Of a DNA stretch of 62,161 nucleotides, positions 54,445-62,161 are shown one piece after another. A program made the translations under genes and the position numbers. Source of the DNA: Thermoplasmata archaeon (GTDB lineage Archaea > Thermoplasmatota > E2 > JACPAO01 > JAHFTW01); contig JAXDQP010000052.1 in the NCBI GenBank assembly GCA_034667745.1, positions 1 through 62,161 of the forward strand, given 5' to 3'. Under the pieces are notes generated by a model. It worked only from the letters and a program-made list of their open reading frames with translations, did no database searches and was not told the DNA's origin. How positions within the stretch are numbered: the first letter of the stretch is position 1; the number at the start of each line of letters is the position of its first letter.

Positions 54445-55101
54445 ATGGCCGCGCCGCCGCCCCAACCGCCCCAACCGCCCCGCCGCCTCGCCCGCCGCAT
54501 CGTGGCCATCGTGGTGGGCTTCGTGTGGTTCACGGTCGCCCTCTTCGGCTACTTTGCGAAGGACTTCTTCCTCTACCAGGTCTTCCGCTCCCTCGGCTTC
54601 GCGTTCTGGGTCATCTACACCCTGCTCGGCGTCGGCCTCGTCGCGACCATCGCCTGGTCCGCCCTCGCGCCTACCGCCACGGCCGCCCCGCAGCAGCGGC
54701 CGCAGGACCGCGACGCCGAGCCCGCGCGCGCCCTCATCGGCACCAACCCCGCCCTGCCGCCCTCGCACCCGGACACCTGCTTCCGCTGCGGCCGCATCCT
54801 GCCGCCGTGGCGCCAGGCCGAGGGCACCTGCACCGTGTGCAGCCCCTACTCCACGTTCCTCCGCAAGCCCAAGGTCGCGAACCAGGCCGTGGAGCGCCGC
54901 CGCACCACGCTGTTCATGCTGGAGGGCCTCGGCATCGCCCTGCTCGCTCTCGCCTTCGTGAGCGCCGCCTACATGTTCCCGCTGGTCCTCGGCCCGGCGC
55001 GCCCGCTCCTGACGACGCTCGCGTTCCTGGTCTTCGTGCCGCTGCTGGCCGGACTCATCCTCTGGATGTACGCCCGCCACGAGCGCCACGCCGCCGAGTA
55101 G
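54445..55101 (+). CDS. Membrane protein with a CxxC-x12-CxxC zinc-ribbon loop
   Basis: 4 TM helices. 'CFRCGRILPPWRQAEGTCTVC' lies between TM2 and TM3. A 'CGTTAAGG' box sits 26 nt upstream. Confidence 0.55.
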   Translation: MAAPPPQPPQPPRRLARRIVAIVVGFVWFTVALFGYFAKDFFLYQVFRSLGFAFWVIYTLLGVGLVATIAWSALAPTATAAPQQRPQDRDAEPARALIGTNPALPPSHPDTCFRCGRILPPWRQAEGTCTVCSPYSTFLRKPKVANQAVERRRTTLFMLEGLGIALLALAFVSAAYMFPLVLGPARPLLTTLAFLVFVPLLAGLILWMYARHERHAAE

Positions 55102-55109
55102 GGTTAAGG
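55102..55109 (+). promoter_or_regulatory. TTAAG-type promoter box (GGTTAAGG)
   Basis: Lies 26 nt upstream of the serS ATG at 55135. Confidence 0.5.
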
Positions 55110-55134
55110 CCCGCCCCAGGGTCGCGGACGCGCA

Positions 55135-56430
55135 ATGCTCGACATCCGCCTCCTTCGCGAAACCCCTGAGGTCGTGCGGGCCGACCTCCGCAAGCGCGGC
55201 CGCGAAGACAGCGTCGTGGACCAGGTGCGCGCGCTCGACCAGGCGTGGCGCGACGGCCTCAAGCGCATGGAGGAGCTGCGCGCCGAGCGCAACAAGTCAG
55301 GCAAGCTCATCGCGGAGGCGAAGAAGGCGGGCCAGGACGCCAAGCCCGTCCTCGACCGCATGGCCGCCGTCGCCGAGGAGCTCAAGCGCCTGGAGGCCGA
55401 GGTGCCCGCGGCCGAGAAGCAGCGCGACGCCCTCCTGCGCAGCATCCCCAACCTCATGCACCCGTCGGTGCCCGTCGGCAAGGACGACTCGGAGAACGTC
55501 GAGGTGCGCGCCTGGGGCGGCAAGCCCACCCACCCGTTCCCGGCCAAGAGCCACGTTGATTTGCTGGAGAGCCTCGACGTCGCGGACCTGGAGCGCGCCG
55601 CCCGCGCCGCCGGCGCCCGCTTCGCCTACCTCAAGGGCGACCTGGTGCTGATGGGCCGCGCGCTGGAGATGTTCGCGCTGCACCGCCTCGCCGCCAAGGG
55701 CTTCACCGCCATCGAGCCGCCCTACATGCTCCGCCGCGAGGCCGTCGAGGGCGCCGTGGACCTCGCCGACTTCGAGTCCGTCATCTACAAGGTCGAGGCC
55801 GAGGCGAAGGAGCCCCCGCTCTACCTCATCGCCACCTCCGAGCACCCCATCGCGGCCTACCACATGGGCGAAATCCTGGAGGACGCCAAGCTGCCGCTCC
55901 TGTACGCGGGCGTATCGCCCTGCTTCCGCAAGGAGGCCGGCGCGCACGGCAAGGACACCAAGGGCATCTTCCGCGTCCACCAGTTCTCCAAGGTCGAGAT
56001 GTTCGCCTACTGCCGCCCCGAGCAGTCGTGGCACCTGCACGAGGACCTCGTCCGCAACGCCGAGGCGCTCTTCCGCGAGCTCGGCATCCCGCACCGCGTC
56101 GTCAACATCTGCACCGGCGACCTCGGCTCCATCGCCGCCAAGAAGTACGACATCGAGGCGTGGATGCCGGTGCAGGGCGCCTACCGCGAGGTCGTCTCGT
56201 GCAGCAACTGCACCGACTTCCAGGCGCGGCGCTACAACACGCGCAGCCGCAAGAGCCCCGGCGACCCGACGGAGTTCGTGCACACGCTCAACTCCACCGC
56301 CATCGCCGTGCAGCGCACCCTCGTCGCCATCCTGGAGAACTTCCAGCAGGCCGACGGCTCGGTCGTCATCCCCGAGGCGTTGCGGCCCCTCATGGGCGGC
56401 CGTGAACGGATTGCGCCGAAACCTCTCTAG
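55135..56430 (+). CDS. serS: Serine--tRNA ligase
   Basis: 431 aa. N-terminal coiled coil and class II motifs 'FRKEAG', 'RVHQFSKVE' and 'NSTAIA'. Confidence 0.9.
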   Translation: MLDIRLLRETPEVVRADLRKRGREDSVVDQVRALDQAWRDGLKRMEELRAERNKSGKLIAEAKKAGQDAKPVLDRMAAVAEELKRLEAEVPAAEKQRDALLRSIPNLMHPSVPVGKDDSENVEVRAWGGKPTHPFPAKSHVDLLESLDVADLERAARAAGARFAYLKGDLVLMGRALEMFALHRLAAKGFTAIEPPYMLRREAVEGAVDLADFESVIYKVEAEAKEPPLYLIATSEHPIAAYHMGEILEDAKLPLLYAGVSPCFRKEAGAHGKDTKGIFRVHQFSKVEMFAYCRPEQSWHLHEDLVRNAEALFRELGIPHRVVNICTGDLGSIAAKKYDIEAWMPVQGAYREVVSCSNCTDFQARRYNTRSRKSPGDPTEFVHTLNSTAIAVQRTLVAILENFQQADGSVVIPEALRPLMGGRERIAPKPL

Positions 56431-56440
56431 GCTAAGAAAA

Positions 56441-56482
56441 ACAAGTGACGAATCCCTAAAGGAAGAAAAGGGAAAGGAGAGG
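56441..56482 (-). terminator. C/T-rich tract (on the minus strand) after a stop codon
   Basis: The minus strand reads 'cctctcctttcccttttcttcctttagggattcgtc...' immediately after the stop at 56491-56493. Confidence 0.5.
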
Positions 56483-56490
56483 CTGGCCGT

Positions 56491-57210
56491 TCAGCGGCCG
56501 CGCGGGCCGCCGGGGCCCCGACCCTCAGGGCCGCGACCCTCGAAGCCGTCGCCGTGCGGGCCGCCGAAGCCGCCGCGCTCGCCGTGCCCCATCGGGCCGT
56601 GCGCGCCGCCGAGGTGGAACTCCACGACGCCGGGGCCGGCCTGGATGGTCAGCGTGTTGCCGGACTGGCTCAGGGTGGAGCCCTTGGGCAGCACGAGGCT
56701 GGCCTTGGCGGCGCCGTAGGTGACGGTCGCGCCGGCGGGGCTCCAGTCGGCCACCGCGTCATGCACGGCGACGGTGGCATCGGCCGGGAAGGCGATGGTG
56801 AGCGCGGTGCCGTTGCGGCTGGCGACCGCGAAGCCGGGTCCCTGCGCGACGAAGCCGACGTCGCCCTGGCGCAGCGAGTAGCCGCGGCGCAGCTGCTCGG
56901 AGCCGCCGGCGAGGGCGGGCACACCCAGGGACTCGACGAGGCTGACGTCGGTGCCGTTCACCTTCGCGGTGTAGGCGGAGATGGCGCCGCTGGCGGCGTC
57001 GGCGTGGAAGCTCACGCAGCCGTCGCTCACGTCGCCGTTCGATTCGGTCAGGTTGCCGGGGCGGCACAGGGCCGCGTGCTGGGCGGCGGTGGCTTGGCGG
57101 TCGTGGCCGCCGAACGCGCCCACGGCCTGGGTGGCCAGGAGGCCGGCCGTCACCAGGATGACCAGGGCCCCGGCGCCCAGGGCGATTCTCTTGCGGGATT
57201 GGGGTTCCAT
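56491..57210 (-). CDS. Membrane-anchored exported protein with a Gly/His/Pro-rich C-terminal tail
   Basis: N-terminal anchor 'IALGAGALVILVTAGLLA'. Tail 'HLGGAHGPMGHGERGGFGGPHGDGFEGRGPEGRGPGGPRGR'. A C/T tract follows the stop. Confidence 0.5.
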   Translation of the reverse strand: MEPQSRKRIALGAGALVILVTAGLLATQAVGAFGGHDRQATAAQHAALCRPGNLTESNGDVSDGCVSFHADAASGAISAYTAKVNGTDVSLVESLGVPALAGGSEQLRRGYSLRQGDVGFVAQGPGFAVASRNGTALTIAFPADATVAVHDAVADWSPAGATVTYGAAKASLVLPKGSTLSQSGNTLTIQAGPGVVEFHLGGAHGPMGHGERGGFGGPHGDGFEGRGPEGRGPGGPRGR

Positions 57211-57296
57211 GAAGGACCTCAACCTCCCATGCCTTCCCGCCGGGATGGCCGTTCCGGACGATTTGTCCCGGACAAGGCTCGAACAGTCACGGGACA

Positions 57297-57315
57297 CGGG
57301 AAAGAGAGGGAAAGG
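57297..57315 (-). terminator. C/T-rich tract (minus strand) after the small peptide gene
   Basis: The minus strand reads 'cctttccctctctttcccg', 14 nt after the stop at 57329-57331. Confidence 0.45.
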
Positions 57316-57328
57316 CTTCTGCGCGACG

Positions 57329-57547
57329 TCAGCAGAGCAGGCGGGGGCCGAAGCCGACGCCGAAAACGTTGCCGTCGACCTCGATGCCGCACTGCGGCGG
57401 CCGGGGGGACTCGTGGTAGCAGTAGTGCACCGTCACGAAGTCGGTGGCGTAGAGGTTGCTGCACTCGGCGATGGGGCCGTCGGCGAGGGCGCTGGGCAGG
57501 AAGAGGGTCGCGAGGGCAAGCAGGGCGATGCAGGGGAGGGCCTTCAT
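57329..57547 (-). CDS. Small secreted 4-Cys peptide precursor
   Basis: 72 aa. Signal 'MKALPCIALLALATLFLPSALA'. The mature part of about 50 aa has 4 Cys. High GC3. A C/T tract follows the stop. Confidence 0.45.
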   Translation of the reverse strand: MKALPCIALLALATLFLPSALADGPIAECSNLYATDFVTVHYCYHESPRPPQCGIEVDGNVFGVGFGPRLLC

Positions 57548-57593
57548 CGCCAGGCAAGCCGGCCCCGCCGGGGAAGGAGTTTGTGGTGCCTGT

Positions 57594-57624
57594 GAGAAAA
57601 GCGAGGGGAAAGGGGAGAAGGAAG
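57594..57624 (-). terminator. C/T-rich tract (minus strand) after a stop codon
   Basis: The minus strand reads 'cttccttctcccctttcccctcgcttttctc', 9 nt after the stop at 57633-57635. Confidence 0.5.
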
Positions 57625-57632
57625 ACGCCCGC

Positions 57633-58868
57633 CTAGTTGGCGTCGTACTCGCCCTTGCGGGCGGCGTCGATCCACTTCTGCGCCACGGCAGGGGTGACCT
57701 CTTGGCCCTGGATGCGGGTCTTGCGGCCGCGCTCGGCGTCCTTGACCTTGCGGCTGACCCCCTCGGCGGTCTCGGCGGCGAGCTGCTTGGTGCTCAGGAT
57801 GCCGGCGGCGACCAGGACCTCGGCGCTCTGCGGGCCGACGCCCTTCAGGCGCAGCAGCTCCGCCATCGCCTGCCACTGCCGCACGAGCTCGGGGGTGGCG
57901 CCGATGAGGTTGCCGACGTGGTTGGCGTCGACCGCCACCAGCTGCGGGATGGTGATGATGCCGTTGGCGTTGAGGCGGCTCGCGTACGCGGGGCCGATGC
58001 CCTCGATGGCGATGACGTGGTGCCTCTCCTCGCCGGGCGCGAACTCGACCTTCTTGGGCTTGGCGGACGCCACGAGGTTGACGTTGGTGTCCTCCAGCTC
58101 GCGCTGCTTGACCAGCAGCAGGGTCTCGCGCTTCTTGAGGGCGGCCAACTCCTGGTCCAGGGTCTGGCGGTGGGCGACGGCCTCCATGTCGCGGCGCTCG
58201 ACGGCCTCGAGGGTCTCGTCGACGCGGTGGTTGATCTTGACCTGGCTCTTCTCCAGCAGGACGACCTTCTCCTGCAGTTCCTTCAGCAGCGGCGAGTTCA
58301 CCTTGTCGGCGGTGCGGAGGGCCTGCAGGTCCTTCGCCATCGCGCCGACGTCGGCCACCAGCTTCTCGATGGTGGTGCGGTAGGCCGGCTCGCGGCTGAG
58401 GGCCTCGGCGCGGGCCAGCGCGTCGCTGGCGGCCTTGAGGGCCTGGTTCGAGGCGCGCATGGCGCCGTCGTACATCTGGTCGCGCTGGTTGAACTCGCGC
58501 TTCATCGCCTCGCGCAGGTCGGCCAGCTCCTGGCGCAGCGCCTCGCGGAACTCGCGGCTGGCCTGCTCCTCGCCGCGGCGCATCTCGGTCATGCGGTCCT
58601 GCTCGCTGGCGAACAGGTCGCGCACCTGGCGCTCGACGTCGAAGATGACGCCGATGCGCAGCAGGAACAGGATGAGGACGACCGTCAGCACCAGCACCGT
58701 CAGGGTGAGGGCGCGGCTCAGGGCGTACACGTCGAAGAGGCCGAGGCCCGGCACGTTGCCCAGGCCCAGGATGAGCGCGGCCACCACGCCGAACCCAAGA
58801 ATCGCAGCCAGCGCCCGGAAGAACCGGACGTTGCGCTGGGCAAAGCCCCCGGCATCGTTGTCGTCCAT
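57633..58868 (-). CDS. Membrane-anchored coiled-coil protein with C-terminal DUF4332-like HhH modules
   Basis: 2 TM helices and a long coiled coil, then 'IEGIGPAYASRLNANGI...RQWQAMAELLRLKGVGPQSAEVLVAAGI'. Paralogous to the C-terminus of 44302..45381. Confidence 0.65.
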   Translation of the reverse strand: MDDNDAGGFAQRNVRFFRALAAILGFGVVAALILGLGNVPGLGLFDVYALSRALTLTVLVLTVVLILFLLRIGVIFDVERQVRDLFASEQDRMTEMRRGEEQASREFREALRQELADLREAMKREFNQRDQMYDGAMRASNQALKAASDALARAEALSREPAYRTTIEKLVADVGAMAKDLQALRTADKVNSPLLKELQEKVVLLEKSQVKINHRVDETLEAVERRDMEAVAHRQTLDQELAALKKRETLLLVKQRELEDTNVNLVASAKPKKVEFAPGEERHHVIAIEGIGPAYASRLNANGIITIPQLVAVDANHVGNLIGATPELVRQWQAMAELLRLKGVGPQSAEVLVAAGILSTKQLAAETAEGVSRKVKDAERGRKTRIQGQEVTPAVAQKWIDAARKGEYDAN

Positions 58869-58943
58869 GCCCTTCCCGAGGCAGGCCCAGGATAAGCGTT
58901 TTCCTTCTGGAAACGGCCGCCCCGGGCCGGAGGCTTTTTGTGC

Positions 58944-60248
58944 CTAGGAATCGGCCCCGTCGCCCTTCATGAACTCGCGCATGACGACGGTGGCGTAGCT
59001 GCCCTTCCCGAGGGCGAACGAGAAGACGGGGTCGGCGCCGCCGTCGCCGGCCTCCACCCACTCCACGGCGAGGCCGCGCACGGGCTGGAGGATGCCGCGC
59101 CGGCGGCCGTCGGAGGCCAGTTCGGGAAGCTCGCGGATGCGGAAGTCGGCGAGGTCGACGTTGTGGTCGTCCAGCACGTCCTGCTCGATCTGCCCGGGCT
59201 CCCCTTCCGCCAGGGGCGCGGCCATGCCGGGCAGGAGCGCCGTCAGGGTGGCGCGGCCGAGGTCGAGCTCCTTCTGGACGCGGGCGCGGTTGGCGGCGGT
59301 CACGAGGTGGGTGCGGATGCCCTCCTCGTCCATGCCCATGACGCGGTCGCCCACCTGCGCCGTGTTGAGGCCCAGCCCGGCGGCGACCCGCGCGGACAGG
59401 ATTTCGTTGAACAGGAGGGACTGGTGCGCGTGGACGAAGAGAAGAAGCAGGTTCATCGGGTGCGCCAGCAGCGAGTAGCGCCAGTCGCCGGGGCGCTTCT
59501 GCAGTCTCCGAAGCATGTCGCGCTCGGGGTCCAGCTGCGGCGGGTAGGCGGCGAGGGCGGCGGAGGGGTCGCGGGTCTCCTCGTAGACCCGGCGGGCGTT
59601 GCGGGCCTCCTCGCGCTCCCCCGGCATCGGGTGGCCCAGGTAGAGCCGGCACGCCTCCTCCAGGTCGCCCTCCACGAGCGCCTTGCCCACGAGGTGCGTC
59701 ACGGGGCGGAAGTGCCCCCCAAAACGCTGCGGGCCGAAGAAGTTGGGCACCCCGCCGTTGGCGCGGATGGCCGCGAAGGTCCCCTCTACGGCAGCGCGGT
59801 CGCGGCTGGAGCCCCGCACGCGCAGCACGAAGCGGTTGCCCTCGTGCGCGCCCGTGAAGCTCGCCTTGCGGGTCGCGTGCCGCTCCAGGACCGTCACGTC
59901 GCCGAGGCTGGCGAGCCGGTCCAGCGCCGCCGGCGCGGCCTTGAACGTGAACCACTGCTCCGTGACGGCGCGCTTGTCCTTCATGCCCGCGAACGCCACG
60001 TGCTCGCGCGGGATGCCCAACTCGCGCGCCGCCTGCATCGCGAAGCGGTTGGTCTCCCAGTTGCGCAACTCGACGCGCGCGGCAGTGTAGGCCCCCTCCG
60101 CCAGCGGCGCGGGGCCAGGGCCAAGCTCGATGACGCGGAAGTCCTCCGGCTCGCTGCGCAGCCTGCCGCCGATGCCCGGCGTCCCGGAAAGGTAGGAGCG
60201 CAGGCCCAGCGCCTGCTCGGAGTCAGGAGGGAGAGGGCGGTCGCCCAT
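58944..60248 (-). CDS. truD: tRNA pseudouridine synthase D
   Basis: 434 aa. The catalytic motif 'GMKDKRAVTEQWF' and 'HQSLLFNEILS'. Confidence 0.85.
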   Translation of the reverse strand: MGDRPLPPDSEQALGLRSYLSGTPGIGGRLRSEPEDFRVIELGPGPAPLAEGAYTAARVELRNWETNRFAMQAARELGIPREHVAFAGMKDKRAVTEQWFTFKAAPAALDRLASLGDVTVLERHATRKASFTGAHEGNRFVLRVRGSSRDRAAVEGTFAAIRANGGVPNFFGPQRFGGHFRPVTHLVGKALVEGDLEEACRLYLGHPMPGEREEARNARRVYEETRDPSAALAAYPPQLDPERDMLRRLQKRPGDWRYSLLAHPMNLLLLFVHAHQSLLFNEILSARVAAGLGLNTAQVGDRVMGMDEEGIRTHLVTAANRARVQKELDLGRATLTALLPGMAAPLAEGEPGQIEQDVLDDHNVDLADFRIRELPELASDGRRRGILQPVRGLAVEWVEAGDGGADPVFSFALGKGSYATVVMREFMKGDGADS

Positions 60249-60260
60249 GCTACGCCCCCC

Positions 60261-60343
60261 GGCGAACGGAGCCCACGGAACGCACGGAAGCCAACGACAT
60301 CAGGGACCGGCAGGTTCCGTGGAATCCGGGGGTTCCGTCGTCC
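60261..60343. repeat. Palindromic 9-nt-phased element (ACGGA flavour) filling the rpoL-truD spacer
   Basis: Five phased units (..ACGGA ..ACGGA ..ACGGA ..AACGA ..AGGGA), then three inverted units (TTCCGTGGA ATCCGGGGG TTCCGTCGT). Confidence 0.8.
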
Positions 60344-60347
60344 AGTC

Positions 60348-60635
60348 CTAGTTGCGCTTCTTGAGCTGGGCCGCGAACTCGGTCTCGAAGCCGTCGAACT
60401 CGGCCACCAGGTTCTTGATAGTGCGCTTCAGGACCGCCTCGGGCTTCGCCTTGCCCTTCGTGCGCAGGAAAATCTTCGGCGTCGAGAGGCTCGGGTGCTC
60501 GATGATGTACTCGGCGAAGTCGACATCCTTGTCCGCCAGCAGCGCCTGCTTGATGGGGTTCAGCAGGGTCTCGTTCTCGCCCAGGACCTCAATCTCCATC
60601 TCGGTGGCGGTCTGCGAGAGCACCTTCAGCTGCAT
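60348..60635 (-). CDS. rpoL: DNA-directed RNA polymerase subunit L (Rpo11)
   Basis: 95 aa. 'EIEVLGENETLLNPIKQALL...YIIEHP'. A TTTAAATA box lies 23 nt upstream of the ATG. Confidence 0.85.
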   Translation of the reverse strand: MQLKVLSQTATEMEIEVLGENETLLNPIKQALLADKDVDFAEYIIEHPSLSTPKIFLRTKGKAKPEAVLKRTIKNLVAEFDGFETEFAAQLKKRN

Positions 60636-60657
60636 GGCTCGCGCGACTTTGGGTTCT

Positions 60658-60665
60658 TATTTAAA
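60658..60665 (-). promoter_or_regulatory. TATA box of rpoL (TTTAAATA)
   Basis: The minus strand reads TTTAAATA, 23 nt upstream of the rpoL ATG. This implies a leaderless or near-leaderless mRNA. Confidence 0.65.
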
Positions 60666-60708
60666 CGTCCCGGCAGGCGCGGCAGTCGCAGCGTCCCAAG
60701 CCTCTCCG

Positions 60709-62161
60709 TCAGGCGGAGGCTTCCACAGCTGGCTTGGCCAGGTATCGGCTCGTCCGCCCTTCCCCCTGGTCCTCCAGCAGGCCGGCCCGCAGCAGGCCCG
60801 CGAGGCGGCGCTGCGTCGCCGTGCGGCTCCGCCCCCACTCCCGCGCCGCCGCGACGACCGCGGCCTGCCCGGCGCCGGGGTTCTCCAGCAGCCAGGCGTG
60901 CAGGCGGCGGGCCTCGGGGTCGAGCAGTTGCGCGACTTGGCGCCACGTGCCGTCGTAGCGGCCGTGGTTCTCGAAGTAGCGCACCGTGTTGCCGTGCGGC
61001 CGGGCCACGACGACCCGCGCGTCCACGAGCCGCTTCAGGTGGTGCTCTAGCGTGCCGGTGTGCAGCTCCAGGTGCCGCTGCAGCGCCCGGAACGACAGCC
61101 CGGGCTGGCTGCGGATGGCGTTGTGGATGGCCCGCCGGCGCGGGTGCCCGAGGGCTGGGGGGCGGGCGCTCCGGGCGAAAAGGGCCCACCACGCGAGCAG
61201 GCCGACGCCGACGGCCGCCGTCGCGCCAGCGGCCACGCCCGGGGTGGCCAGCCAGGGGGCCGGCGTCTCGTCGAGGGCGGCGGATTGGACGCTTCCTCCC
61301 AGGCCCGCCAGGAGGCCATCCGCGCGGCCGGGGTCCGGCGCGAGGCCGGCCAACGTCAGGTTGCCCTCGGCCAGGTAGGTCTCGCCGGCGGGGCAGAGGC
61401 TGCAGCCGCCCGCCATCCTGGCGTCCGGCAGGCGCAGGCGGCCGTGGAGCCGGAGGTCCACCGCCGGGCCGCCCGCCGCCATGGCCCATGGGGTCGCGCT
61501 CCCGTCCAGGGTCCCGCCGGTGGCCTCGAGGTCGATGTAGGAGAGCCGCTGCACGCTGCTCCGCCCGAGCGCGTCGATGGACATGCCCCACGGCGTCCCG
61601 GCGTCGGGGCAGGCTGCGGAGACGCAGCGCACCGTGGCGTTGTGCCAGGAAACGTGGCGGACGCCCGTCGCGTGCAGCGTGGCTGCGAACGCCCCAGGCC
61701 GGGCGGCTTGCGCGCTGACGGCCGCGTGGTCGGCCTGGAGCCGGAAGGCGGGCGGCGGGGTGGGCGAGGTCGTGTCCGCGGGGATGGAGAGCGCCGGCAG
61801 ATGGCGGGTCGCGGAGTCGCCGGCGGCGGCATGGACGAGGTTGGCCGCCGTGGGGGCGCGTGCCGAGAGCGCGATGGCGTCCGCCAGCACGAAGAGCGAG
61901 GCCCACGGACCGGTGGGGGCGACGATTCCTTGCACGGGCGAGGCGAACCGCTTCTCCTGCACGGGCAGGGGAATTGGGTTTGCCTCGCGGTCGCCCGGGC
62001 CTTCCCGGCCCTGCTGCAGGACCGTGGTGTTGGTCTGGGCGGCGCCCGCCGCGAGTGTGAGGTTGAACGCGCCGGAGGGGTGGTGGAAGATGAGGAGCGC
62101 CCACTGAAGCCCCTCCGCCTCCCAGGTCCCCTCCGCTTGGGCCGGCGAGGCGAATCCGCCC
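60709..62161 (-). CDS. Membrane-tethered regulator: extracytoplasmic domain, TM helix and two winged-helix domains (5' end beyond the window)
   Basis: TM 'AAVGVGLLAWWALFA', followed by 'RRRAIHNAIRSQPGLSFRALQRHL...' and a second wHTH. The track starts it at GTG 61962. By my hand translation the frame stays open, with coding-like codons, to the window edge, so it is probably partial. Confidence 0.6.
   Translation of the reverse strand, partial: GGFASPAQAEGTWEAEGLQWALLIFHHPSGAFNLTLAAGAAQTNTTVLQQGREGPGDREANPIPLPVQEKRFASPVQGIVAPTGPWASLFVLADAIALSARAPTAANLVHAAAGDSATRHLPALSIPADTTSPTPPPAFRLQADHAAVSAQAARPGAFAATLHATGVRHVSWHNATVRCVSAACPDAGTPWGMSIDALGRSSVQRLSYIDLEATGGTLDGSATPWAMAAGGPAVDLRLHGRLRLPDARMAGGCSLCPAGETYLAEGNLTLAGLAPDPGRADGLLAGLGGSVQSAALDETPAPWLATPGVAAGATAAVGVGLLAWWALFARSARPPALGHPRRRAIHNAIRSQPGLSFRALQRHLELHTGTLEHHLKRLVDARVVVARPHGNTVRYFENHGRYDGTWRQVAQLLDPEARRLHAWLLENPGAGQAAVVAAAREWGRSRTATQRRLAGLLRAGLLEDQGEGRTSRYLAKPAVEASA

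Noticed and set aside
61960-61962. GTG 61962 as the true start of the last minus-strand gene.
   Set aside because: My hand translation shows no stop between 61962 and the window end, and the upstream codons look coding ('...NLTLAAGAAQTNTTVLQQGREGPGDREANPIPLP'). The gene is therefore more likely 5'-truncated by the window than starting here.

Overview
This is a very GC-rich, densely packed archaeal chromosomal segment; third codon positions are almost always G/C. I call 66 protein-coding genes and one tRNA-Thr(GGU). I saw no rRNA, CRISPR array, transposase or integrase. Most genes are housekeeping: srp19, rps8e, purS-purL-purQ, argS, fen, a phosphohexomutase, pheT, a class-II-type HMG-CoA reductase, uvrC, tbp, cca, kae1-bud32-rdgB, cdc48, rps15 with a RecJ-like and a Pcc1-like gene, serS, truD and rpoL. 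Between them sit many secreted, lipobox or membrane proteins of unknown function. The archaeal markers, the non-acidic proteome and the class-II HMGR suggest a Thermoplasmatota-like organism; this is inference only.

Expression signals are readable. An 8-nt A/T-containing box (TTTATATA, TAAATATC or xTTAAGx) sits 17-30 nt upstream of many start codons, which implies mostly leaderless mRNAs. Long C/T-rich tracts follow many stop codons and look like terminators.

The strongest signal not explained by genes is a family of palindromic non-coding elements built from phased 9-nt units with a C-N-N-G-G-A core. There are at least 7 clear copies; six lie in spacers directly after stop codons, and three sit between same-strand neighbouring genes: the purL-purQ and rpoL-truD spacers and the kae1/bud32 junction, where the copy lies inside the annotated bud32 5' end.

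Other points worth a second look:
- a ~170-aa Lys/Ala/Pro-rich N-terminal extension on PurL
- a PAS-MenA/UbiA fusion
- a translationally coupled wHTH-cca-Cys-rich operon
- a polytopic membrane protein coupled to an HD hydrolase
- small secreted 4-Cys peptides
- a cyanophycinase-like gene with no synthetase in view

I found no complete, recognisable defence or mobile system. All functional calls rest on motif recognition by eye and on the ORF track, not on database searches.
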